A model generated the notes under the pieces. That model was not told where the DNA came from, did no database searches, and saw only the letters and a list, made by a program, of their open reading frames with translations. Of a DNA stretch of 32,000 nucleotides, positions 20,401 through 29,141 are shown in pieces. Each line of letters opens with the position of its first letter. Position 1 is the stretch's first letter. Origin of the DNA: Candidatus Brocadia sp. Lineage in GTDB: Bacteria > Planctomycetota > Brocadiia > Brocadiales > Brocadiaceae. The DNA is taken from the NCBI GenBank assembly GCA_021650915.1, contig CP091279.1:30001-62000 (forward strand), in the 5' to 3' direction. The position numbers and the translations under genes are program-made.

Positions 20401-20532
20401 GTAACAATTTAGCTTTTTGAAAAATTCTCTCTACGAATAATATTGTCTTGTAGGGGTAGGTTTCAAACCTGCCCCTACGCGGTATGGAAAACGCCGTCTT
20501 TATTGGGATTTTTCAAAAAACTAAATTGTTGC
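20401..20532. mobile_element. MITE-like element (132 bp)
   Basis: Ends GTAACAATTTAGCTTTTTGAAAAAT and ATTTTTCAAAAAACTAAATTGTTGC; perfect 8-bp target duplication CAATAAAC at 20393-20400 and 20533-20540; interior palindrome GTAGGGGTAGGTTTCAAACCTGCCCCTAC. Confidence 0.85.
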
Positions 20533-21318
20533 CAATAAACTACATTGACGCAGAAATGATAATTTCCCGCCACAGACAATAAACAGACAGGCTTAACGAG
20601 CGTTCATCAGCGATTTTTTGTGAATCGAGTTAACCAGGTAGGGTGGGCATAGCCCGCCAAAAATCTGTAGCCTCAAGCCCAAACCCCAGGTATGGGTTGG
20701 TCACAACCTTTACACGTAGTATCTTTCAGATGGTTTTCCCGTATGGAAAAACCCGCCCGCCTGATTACGATATTGTGACAGTTCGGACAATAGGTATTTT
20801 AGCTGGTAGGAAGGAGGCGAATCGCCTCCAACCCCCAATCGTCGCCAGATACTTTGGACAACGTGACAAAGTATCCTTTTAAACCATACGGCTTTCCCGT
20901 AGTTAGCGACCCCATAGTGTTGCTCTGGAGCAGAGAAAAGTAAACTATCATGCCTTCGCACGTGCCTTAAGAAATTCTCTTTCAAATGAGAGTAACCCCA
21001 TCTTAAAGAATCGGTGTACCGGGAAACGTTTGTTGTCAGTTTTCCATTTTCTCGAAAACTTGAAACTTCTCAGTCTCATGCGTACCCAGCCAGGGTAACG
21101 TCAAAGTCATGATGATCAAAAAAAGAGAGAGTGGCAAGGCAAGGGAAAGAAGGGGTTTGAAGAGGGAAAAACGAGCAAAGACACGAAAAGATGACAAAAA
21201 ACGGCATAAAAGACAAGGGAATCCCCATGTGCCTCGAAGGGCATGGGAAATGAGGGGGGAAGGGGAAGAAAGAGACGTTATAAGCGAAGGAGTTTCAGGG
21301 CAAGGTGAGGTTGGTAGG

Positions 21319-23037
21319 GTAACTATTCAGCGAAAATATTTTAGAATTTAGTTGACAGTCAACATGAGAAAAGGGGGCAGTAGAATTGGTTGGTAGAATA
21401 AATGGCTGTGGAGGATGCCACTGTAGCCCATCGGAGGTTTTTGCAAAGAGAGGTGTGGGGTATGTTCGGCCAGAGAATTACAGAGTTTTGTAGGGCGGTA
21501 GAGGGTGAAAAAAATGGGTGAAAAAGCCTGTGGTATAATAGCCGCAGGAGATGATTTCAGGCTATTAATACCGGTGCCATCCATTGACGATAGAGAATAT
21601 AGATATAGATGCAACGCTGCGGAAAGTAGAAAAGCTGCTTTCAGAGGAAAAAGGTCTGTCACCTGCCATAAGGTCAATGATAGAGTTGTTGGTGTTAGTG
21701 ATAACGCTGCTGGTAGGACGTCTGAACCGGAACAGTCGCAACAGTAGTAAGCCGCCCGCAAGCGATCCGAATCGCACGAGAAAGAGCAGGGCGAAAGGAG
21801 AGAGGAAGGCAGGTGGGCAAGAGGGTCATGATGGAGTAACGCTGAAAAAGGTAGCCAATCCTGATAAGGTGGAAGTAATAAAAGTAGACCGGAGGAAGTA
21901 TCCGAGCGGCAAATACAGGTTGATCGGTTATGAGTCGCGTCAGGTGTTTGATATGAAGATTTCAAGGGTGGTAACGGAGTATCGGGCAGAGATAGTTGAG
22001 GATGCGGAGGGAAGTAGGTTTGTAGCGTCATTTCCGGAAGGGGTGACAAAGGCAGTGCAGTATGGGCCGGATTTGAAAGCGCACGCAGTATATATGTCAC
22101 AGTATCAATTGATACCCTATAAGAGGATCCAGGAGTATTTTGAGGAGCAGATGGGGATACCGCTGAGCGAAGGCTCTCTTTACAACTTTAACAAGGATGC
22201 CTACGAATCTCTGGAAGCCTTCGAGAGGAAAACCAAGGAAGAACTTGTCAAATCAGAGGTATTGCAGGCAGATGAAACGAGCATCAACAAGAACGGAGAC
22301 AGGTATTGGCTGCATAGTGCATCCAATAGTTTGTGGACACACTTTTTCCCTCACGAAAGACGTGGGACGGAAGCGATGGATAGTATCGGGATACTGCCCC
22401 AGTTTCGGGGGATTCTTTGTCACGACCATTTGAAGGCGTATTACACCTACACCCGCTGTACACATGCGCTCTGTAATGCACACCACCTGAGGGAATTGGA
22501 GGGGGTGTGGGAAGAGGATAAGAAGCAACCGTGGGCGAAAGAGATGAAAGCCCTGCTCGAAGAGATAAACCGTGCGGTAAAGGATGCGGGGGGTTTGTTG
22601 GAAAACGGCGAGTCTGAGAAATACCGGCAAAGGTACCGGGGGATATTACAAAACGCAGAAGCTGAAAGCCCGCCCCCTGATGAAACGAACCGTAAGGGGA
22701 AAAGAGGGCGGGTAAAAAGGACAAAAGCACGGAATCTCCTGGAACGATTACGGGAGTATGAGGGTGATGTGCTCAGATTTATGGACAATAAAAACGTCCC
22801 CTTCACGAATAACCTGGCCGAAAACGATATCAGGATGACGAAGGTTCAGCAGAAGATATCGGGCTGTTTTCGTTCTCTGGACGGAGCGAAGATCTTCTGC
22901 CTCATCCGTAGTTATCTCTCGACTTGTCGAAAACAAGGGGTAAATTTAAGTCAGGCATTACGGATGGTATTTCGCGGCAAATTGCCTGATTTTGCCAGCT
23001 CGTAACGATAGGGGGCGATATTACGCTGAATAGTTAC
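21319..23037 (+). mobile_element. IS66 family insertion sequence (1719 bp), apparently complete
   Basis: TIR GTAACTATTCAGCG (21319) / CGCTGAATAGTTAC (to 23037); perfect 8-bp target duplication TTGGTAGG at 21311-21318 and 23038-23045. Confidence 0.93.
21584..23005 (+). CDS. IS66 family transposase
   Basis: NSRNSSKPPASDPNR, GGQEGHDGVTL, LQADETSINKNGDRYWLHSASNS, GILCHDHLKAYY, CNAHHLRELEG, VPFTNNLAENDIRMTKVQQKISGCFRS. Confidence 0.94.
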   Translation: MTIENIDIDATLRKVEKLLSEEKGLSPAIRSMIELLVLVITLLVGRLNRNSRNSSKPPASDPNRTRKSRAKGERKAGGQEGHDGVTLKKVANPDKVEVIKVDRRKYPSGKYRLIGYESRQVFDMKISRVVTEYRAEIVEDAEGSRFVASFPEGVTKAVQYGPDLKAHAVYMSQYQLIPYKRIQEYFEEQMGIPLSEGSLYNFNKDAYESLEAFERKTKEELVKSEVLQADETSINKNGDRYWLHSASNSLWTHFFPHERRGTEAMDSIGILPQFRGILCHDHLKAYYTYTRCTHALCNAHHLRELEGVWEEDKKQPWAKEMKALLEEINRAVKDAGGLLENGESEKYRQRYRGILQNAEAESPPPDETNRKGKRGRVKRTKARNLLERLREYEGDVLRFMDNKNVPFTNNLAENDIRMTKVQQKISGCFRSLDGAKIFCLIRSYLSTCRKQGVNLSQALRMVFRGKLPDFASS

Positions 23038-24839
23038 TTGGTAGGTTAAATTTCTAAGAGTTTGTGCGATAGCGGTTCTCCCCAGTGAGCGAAAGATGCT
23101 GATGATGCAATTTTTGGGGGAGGCCATAACCCTGGGTGCATGGTTTGTTCGAATCGGGGAGCGGTCTTCATCAAAGGTGACATCACGAACGTAATGGAGG
23201 CTGTTTTCAATACTCCAATGTCCCCGGTTCAAGCGGAGTATGCGGGCAGGGTCTGCCTTTTGTTGCGTAAGGCTGGTAATGCCATAGACCGTTTCTTCGG
23301 TTGTTTTTTGGGATTTGAGGTAGGTAAATTTTCTGTGGATACAAAAGACCTGTCCAACCAAGGGGAATGCAAGGTAATGGTTTAAATCGGCGCTGGTCCA
23401 GACCTGGCGGATTTCAATGCGTCCGTGATGTTTGTCGATGGTTTTGTGCTGAGGGGGGAAAAGAGACCAGGCGGAGGTCTTCGATATGTTGTCTGAGAGT
23501 GGGTTGGTTGTCTTTTACGGTAAAGAGGTAATCGGCTTTCTTGTCTTCAACGAGATACCGCGCCGTCTCTTTTTGGGTATGCAGGGCATCGAGAGTGACC
23601 ACCTTGTCCTTGATGTCTAAGGGGTCAAGGAGGGTTTTCAGCGTTGGGATTTCGTTGGTTTTCTGGTCAACGGGACATTGGGCGATAACGACGCCTTTTT
23701 GCTGGAGAAAGGCAGAGAGGAGATGGATTTTCTGCCCGTTTTCCTGGTATGCGCCCTTGAGGGTCTTCCCGTCAATGGCAAGGGCAGTATCTTCTCCGGC
23801 AAGGGACTGAAGCCAGCCGTAGAGGGCCGTATCTACCGCTTCGGCATCAACGTCTTGCAGGAACCTGCGGATGGTAGGTTCGCTGGGAGGTTCATAGATG
23901 CCGGTCTTTGGGTTCAGACGACAGCCGAGACGTTTGAGCATATTTTGACTGCATGATTTTGCCCACTCAGCGATAGCGGCAAAGCTTGTGGCAGAACACA
24001 GCAGGGCACAAAGAGAAAGGGTCATGACGGAGAGCTTTCTGTGTCGTTTGCCGCGTGATAGACGGGGATCAGGAATCTGGGATAATCGTTCTTTCAGTGA
24101 TTCAGCATCTTTCAGAGAAAGGCGCATCGGTTTTACCTCCTTTGGGGTGTTTCGGGTTTCGAGATACGGTTCAGAGAGTTTTCTTTTCCCATCGGGAAGA
24201 ACAGGACGAACAAAGACCATCTTGGGTTGGTTGTGGGAATAATACCGGTGAGCGCATTTTGCAAACCCGCGGGTATATCCCAGAAACTCCCAGCCCTGGG
24301 CCTTGTAACAGGTGCCCTTGAAAGAGCGCGGATCGACAAAGGTCTCTGCAAGATAGATCGGATGGTTATAGATGGTTTGCCAGTCCCGGGATAATCGTTT
24401 GAGATTCCGGGCGAGGACATAAGAGGCAAGGTTGGGTATACGGACATGAGGGAAGATCAGGAAACGACTGTTATTGGCAACAAAAGACAACCGCCGGTAC
24501 TGAAGAAAGCAAGGCCATCCTATCCAGCGGTCTCGCACCTTGCATTTGAATGCCGCTGCTGACCATCCGATCAAGGCAAGCCATTGTCCCTGGTGTATCG
24601 CCAGATACCGGATGCTTTCCCCGATCAGAGAGTGAAGCCCAAGATAATGGTATTGGCGCATGAGTTCGTCCCATCGGGTTCGTTCTTCCCGACGGATGGG
24701 TCTTACTTCAATGCCGTGAAGACCGCCCGATGGTACTACGCTTTTTCGTGTCTCTTCATGGTTCATGAAACTATTATACAAGAACCATTTTGAAAAAGCC
24801 AGTTTATTCCTTTTCTTTTTTACGTGTCAGTACTTGCGC

Positions 24840-25892
24840 TTATACTTGACGTAGCCCTGGTACCCAGCAGTCTAACGAGCGATATACCGTTTGTACATTG
24901 CCCAGCCGAAAATAGTTGACATGTCCCCTTATGGCAGGATTTAATGTATCAATGACGGCTTGCAGGTTGACGCCTTGTGTGCGTTTGGTGATGTCTCTGA
25001 CGGCGTCCTTGAGTTTGTCCAGGGATTTCATGCTTACACCCTTGTTCTTGCCCATGAAATTATATCCGAGAAACCGGAAGCCTCGTTTGAAGTTGGTGAG
25101 CCTGGTTTTATCCTCGCTCAGCTTCATTTCAAGTTTCCCTTCGATGATTTCTTTGACGTACTGAAGGGCGGCAGGGAGTTCTTCTTTTGTTTTAGTCATG
25201 ACAACGAAGTCATCGGCATAGCGGACAAATTTATATCCTGCCTTTTCAAGCTCCTTGTCGATGATGTCACCGATAAGGTTTGCAAGCAAGGGGGATATGA
25301 CGCCTCCTTGCGGAGTGCCTTGATTTGTCTCGTGCACGATGCCGTTCTCCATGACCCCTGCCTTGAGCATGTTCTCGATACTGTTCAAAACCCATCCGTC
25401 AGCGATTTTCTCACGCAAGGAGTTCATGATAAGCTTGTGAGGTATGGTGTCATAGAACGCCTTTATATCGGCGTCCAAAATGTTCCGATACCCTTGCTGC
25501 TTATACTGTTCAATCCGTTTGATAGCATCATGACAGCATCTGTTTGGACGAAATCCAAAGCTGTTATCCGAGAATTCTTTCTCGAATATTGGCTCTATGA
25601 TTTGTCTGAACGCCTGCTGTACTACCCTGTCCTTGACAATGGGAATGCCAAGAGGTCTCTTGTCATGCCTGCCTTTGGGAATGTAGACCCTTAAGACGGG
25701 CGCAGGGTTGTATATGGCGGTTTTCAGTTCCTTGTGAATAGCTTGTAGATTATTCTCAAGGTCACTTTCAAACTGCTTAATACTTACCCTGTCGAGACCA
25801 GCCTTGCCTTTATTCTTCTTTACGTGCCCAAAAGCCGCATAAAGGTTTCTCAGACTGAATACCTTGTCTCTTAAAGAATGATACTTAAGCAT
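24840..25892 (-). CDS. Group II intron-type reverse transcriptase, lacking a complete maturase domain
   Basis: RT motifs RPLGIPIVKDRVVQQAF, FGFRPNRCCHDAI, DADIKAFYDTIPH, QGTPQGGVISPLLANL, FVRYADDFVVM, RGFRFLGYNF; ORF ends WVPGLRQV* where the maturase region would begin. Confidence 0.85.
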   Translation of the reverse strand: MLKYHSLRDKVFSLRNLYAAFGHVKKNKGKAGLDRVSIKQFESDLENNLQAIHKELKTAIYNPAPVLRVYIPKGRHDKRPLGIPIVKDRVVQQAFRQIIEPIFEKEFSDNSFGFRPNRCCHDAIKRIEQYKQQGYRNILDADIKAFYDTIPHKLIMNSLREKIADGWVLNSIENMLKAGVMENGIVHETNQGTPQGGVISPLLANLIGDIIDKELEKAGYKFVRYADDFVVMTKTKEELPAALQYVKEIIEGKLEMKLSEDKTRLTNFKRGFRFLGYNFMGKNKGVSMKSLDKLKDAVRDITKRTQGVNLQAVIDTLNPAIRGHVNYFRLGNVQTVYRSLDCWVPGLRQV

Positions 25893-26563
25893 CTCCCGAT
25901 ATGTTCCTTTTGATTGATTCCGGATAATAGACTTGTCAATCGTGTTTCCTGAGTCGAGATTCCTCCTGACAGAGGCAAAACAAGAGAGGCTCTTGCTACT
26001 ACTTGCCCATGCAAAGAGTCTCTTTTCTCATGGAACGTATTCAATCTACCACGTTTCATCAACTCCACTACGGTTATGCCCCTTCATTCCTGGTACACAC
26101 CAGAAACTATTATGAGCACTGCTGACGACTTCAAAGACAGACCTGTGAGAGCCAGTCGTCCGTCACCATCTCATACAGCTTGGATTTCGGATTTCCCTTA
26201 TACCTCGCTGTTAGGGAATTTCTTCCCAAGACGTAAGTCCTCCCCCGGTCATATGAATTACCCCTTTTCCCTTCGTGATGTATGTTCAAACGCATTATCC
26301 AGAGATGTTTTCACCAGGTCTTTTTTTTTTTGACATCTCCAACAAGGACATTGTCAGTGCTTCACTGAGAAAGGGCAGTTGGCACGAACTAACACGCCAT
26401 ACTCATACACCCCAAAAGGTCGTCTGTACCTCGTAACTCCGTCATACCCCTCACGGGAATACGCTATCCTTCTACGCACACGGATTGCTCCTTTGTATAC
26501 GCATAGGTACAAACTTCTCTACGAGGATCTAGGCTCGCAGAGGTGATATTTTCAACCACTTAG

Positions 26564-27010
26564 GTATCCCATACTTCAAGGCACGCCCACACTCAAACCG
26601 GCACAAACCAGGAGCGCTTAAGCGAAATAGAAGGGCGCTTTTCAGGAGAAGAAGATGCCTTTTATAAAAACAGATTCTGTCCTGCCGTCAAAAATACCCA
26701 TGAAAAGGACAAGGCGTATTTTCTCGAAAAATTTAAAGCCGCAACCAGCGCCGCCTATGGCAAGGATTGGCTGATCCAACTGGAAAATCCGGGTAACCCT
26801 GGTTCTACAGAGATACCTGATACCCCCGTCCAGTATCCAAACCTGAAAAAAGGAGGCGACGAGGAATCATTCAAATGGTGGATGCGAAATGCGGGTAAGG
26901 AGAAGGATGCCGGAAGGAGACCCATTCCCGGTCTTAACAAGACCTTGCAGGGTATGCCGGCGTCCGAAGGGGCAAAGGCGCCCGTGCTGCCTTTTAATCC
27001 CAAAAAATAG
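26564..27010 (+). pseudogene. 5'-truncated coding remnant upstream of cas6, possible CRISPR-associated (RAMP?) protein C-terminus
   Basis: Open frame with no start: ...ERLSEIEGRFSGEEDAFYKNRFCPAVKNTHEKDKAYFLEKFKAATSAAYGKDWLIQLENPG...GDEESFKWWMRNAGKEKDAGRRPIPGLNKTLQGMPASEGAKAPVLPFNPKK*; ends 51 bp before cas6. Family assignment is uncertain. Confidence 0.4.
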
Positions 27011-27061
27011 ACGTTTCCATCTCTCGGGCGCAAAAATGCGGCAATAAACGGGGCAGGAACC

Positions 27062-28030
27062 ATGATCTCCACCTTTACCTTTTCTGTATTCCGGGTGACA
27101 CTCAGGGCAAGGGAAGACTTGCATTTACCCGGATACAAGGGCTCGGCGATCCGCGGCAGCTTTGGCCATACCTTCAGAAAGGTCGTCTGTCTGTTCGGGA
27201 AAAGGGATTGCAGTGGGTGTGATATTTCCCGGCAATGCGTCTATGCGTATCTATTTGAAACAATTGCCGACAAAAACGATCCCTTTCTGAGAAACAGGGA
27301 CAAGGCGGCGCACCCGTACATCATTCGCCCTCCCCTGGATGAAAAGGAGCGCTACGAGACGGGCGAAGATATGGTCTTCGATCTTATCCTCGTGGGCAGG
27401 GCCGTTGATTATCTTCCCTATTTTGCGTACGCCTTCATCCTTATGGGGGAACAGGGTCTGGGCAGGGGCAGGGGCAAATTTACCCTTCAGGCAATAGATG
27501 CCCTGGGGTTAAACGGGAGCCGTCTTGCCGTCTACCGATCAGGCGATGACCGATTAAAAAGAGAAACCCTGTCCATAACCGGCGATGAGATATTGAAGAG
27601 CAGACCCGTTGTGCCGGAGGCATGTACGCTGCAATTTTTAACCCGGCTGGATCTGAAGGAAAAAGGCAGGTATCCTGAACCCGATTTCAGCCTCTTGTTC
27701 CGCTCCCTGCTCAGGCGTATTGCCACCCTTGGCCATCTCCATTGCGGACTCGACTTCAGGAGCCTGGATTTTGGGGGATTAAGCCATGCGGCAGAGAAGA
27801 TCGGAACCGTAACGTCAAAATTGCGCCGGGAAGAGGCCGTCCGGTATTCAAACCGGCAGCGGCGCCGCATGCCCTTTGGTGGCTTGCTGGGTGAGATTAC
27901 CTTTGCCGGTGACCTGTCCCCTTTCTGGCCGTTCATGCTTCTGGGAGAGTGGATGCATGTGGGGAAGAAGACGAGTTTTGGCCTGGGAAGGTACTTCGTT
28001 AAAACAGCGCACGGGCGCGAAGGCGGATGA
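27062..28030 (+). CDS. cas6: CRISPR precrRNA-processing endoribonuclease Cas6 (RAMP superfamily)
   Basis: GYKGSAIRGSFGHTFRKVVC, CSGCDISRQCVYAYLFET, HPYIIRPP, GLGRGRGKF, C-terminal GGLLGEITFAGDLSPFWPFMLLGEWMHVGKKTSFGLGRY glycine-rich motif. Confidence 0.85.
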   Translation: MISTFTFSVFRVTLRAREDLHLPGYKGSAIRGSFGHTFRKVVCLFGKRDCSGCDISRQCVYAYLFETIADKNDPFLRNRDKAAHPYIIRPPLDEKERYETGEDMVFDLILVGRAVDYLPYFAYAFILMGEQGLGRGRGKFTLQAIDALGLNGSRLAVYRSGDDRLKRETLSITGDEILKSRPVVPEACTLQFLTRLDLKEKGRYPEPDFSLLFRSLLRRIATLGHLHCGLDFRSLDFGGLSHAAEKIGTVTSKLRREEAVRYSNRQRRRMPFGGLLGEITFAGDLSPFWPFMLLGEWMHVGKKTSFGLGRYFVKTAHGREGG

Positions 28031-28048
28031 AACATCTTCAAGCTTTTG

Positions 28049-28168
28049 TAACACGTTGGTTTTTTGAAAAGGCAGGGGCGAAGCATTTGCCTGCCTGGGG
28101 TGTGAATACCTGTATGCCAATGTATGGCAAATGCTTCGCCCCTACACCGTGCGGTAACATCGTTATTA
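28049..28168. repeat. Partial copy of the same MITE type as 28991-29141 (reverse orientation)
   Basis: GTAACACGTTGGTTTTTTGAAAAGGCAGGGGCGAAGCATTTGCC...GGCAAATGCTTCGCCCCTACACCGTGCGGTAACATCGTTATTA matches the reverse complement of 28991-29141; right TIR absent. Confidence 0.7.
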
Positions 28169-28176
28169 GAATATTA

Positions 28177-28444
28177 GTAACAATTTAGTTTTTTGAAAAA
28201 TCCCGAAGGGATGACATGATTATAGAAAAAGCGCGCCACCATATTTAACCCCGTAGGGGTGAAATATCGGGAAAATAGCGATACTATGTCACCCCTTACG
28301 GGGTTGACCATAATTGCATAACGATATGCTATAATCATGACATCCCTTCGGGATTAAAGAAGCGCTATTTTGTTCACCCGTAGTGATGGTGAGCGAAAGT
28401 ACACTGAATAAATACAAGAATTTTTCAAAAAGCTAAATTGTTAC
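28177..28444. mobile_element. MITE-like element (268 bp) with a nested 157-bp inverted-repeat element
   Basis: Ends GTAACAATTTAGTTTTTTGAAAAAT and ATTTTTCAAAAAGCTAAATTGTTAC; perfect 8-bp target duplication GAATATTA at 28169-28176 and 28445-28452. Confidence 0.88.
28199..28355. repeat. 157-bp inverted-repeat element
   Basis: AATCCCGAAGGGATGACATGATTATAG ... CTATAATCATGACATCCCTTCGGGATT, 26/27-bp TIR. Confidence 0.8.
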
Positions 28445-28524
28445 GAATATTACGGTGTAAAAACTTCTTTTTTTGTAAGTTTTTGCGCAACCCGATGCAT
28501 CCTTTATCAGAAGGTACCGTTTGT

Positions 28525-28663
28525 GTAACAGTTTAGCTTTTTGAAAAACTCTCAATTTTATACCATATTTTGTTAAAAAATTGTATTATTAGAGCGATTT
28601 TTGGCCCTTTTTAAGCGATATTTCGACATTTTTTGGCAGTTTTTCAAAAAGCTAAATTGATAC
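28525..28663. mobile_element. MITE-like element (139 bp)
   Basis: Ends GTAACAGTTTAGCTTTTTGAAAAAC and GTTTTTCAAAAAGCTAAATTGATAC; perfect 8-bp target duplication CCGTTTGT at 28517-28524 and 28664-28671. Confidence 0.87.
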
Positions 28664-28990
28664 CCGTTTGTTTGTGAGAGAAGGATTGCTTCGCGGAGTT
28701 CACACTGAGCAAATCGAATGTGCTCGCAATGGTGACGTACCGTATGTCATCAAAGGCATAGCCCGTGTCATTGCGAGGGTCTTGTCCGAAGCAATCTCCC
28801 GCTTTCACAACGGAGAATTGGTTGCGGCCTTGCTGCGCTAGGGTAATTTTTCAAAAAATGATACTCAAAAGGTTCACCATCAGTGAATATTTAGATTGAT
28901 AAACAGGGTGGCACGGACAAACTCTGTTTGTCCGTGTTGAACTTGCACGACGTTGTTTATAGTATTACTGTATAAAAACTTCTTTTTTTG

Positions 28991-29141
28991 GTAACACTTT
29001 AGTTTTTTGAAAAATTACCATAATAACGATGTTGCCGCACGGTGTAAGGGCGAAGCATTTGCCATAAATTGGTATAAATGTATTCATGCCCCAAGATGGC
29101 AAATGCTTCGCCCCTACTTTTTCAAAAAACTAAAGTGTTAC
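28991..29141. mobile_element. MITE-like element (151 bp)
   Basis: Ends GTAACACTTTAGTTTTTTGAAAAAT and CTTTTTCAAAAAACTAAAGTGTTAC; 8-bp target duplication TTTTTTTG at 28983-28990 and 29142-29149. Confidence 0.87.

Larger units (their letters stand above)
21278..24781 (-). pseudogene. DUF4338::ISAs1-type transposase fusion gene, interrupted by IS66 and frameshifted
   Basis: ORF 23414..24781 has DUF4338 (YHYLGLHSLIGESIRYLAIHQGQWLALIGWSAAAFKCKVRD...YLAETFVDPRSFKGTCYKAQGWEFLG) followed by ISAs1-type sequence (IPDPRLSRGKRHRKLSVMTL...DGKTLKGA...). It continues after a frameshift in ORF 22951..23361 (LNRGHWSIENSLHYVRDVTFDEDRS), and across the IS66 as RNLTYQ|PHLALKLLRL* ending at 21278. Confidence 0.82.

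Noticed and set aside
21109-21351. 80-aa Lys/Arg-rich plus-strand ORF
   Set aside because: It crosses the IS66 boundary and overlaps the displaced ISAs1 C-terminus; low-complexity composition.
22951-23361. 136-aa ORF as an independent gene
   Set aside because: It is the frameshifted ISAs1 continuation, and its last residues are read through the IS66 end.
24840-25892. Retron or diversity-generating retroelement RT
   Set aside because: Motif order and YADD context match group II intron RTs. No template/variable repeat pair or msr/msd-like structure was recognised.
26461-26500. Group II intron 5' boundary (GTGCG on the minus strand near 26479)
   Set aside because: The pentamer alone is weak evidence and no domain I structure was verified.
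28846-28864. Additional MITE end ATTTTTCAAAAAATGATAC
   Set aside because: Lacks the CTAAATT part and has no matching left end or target duplication; too degenerate to count.
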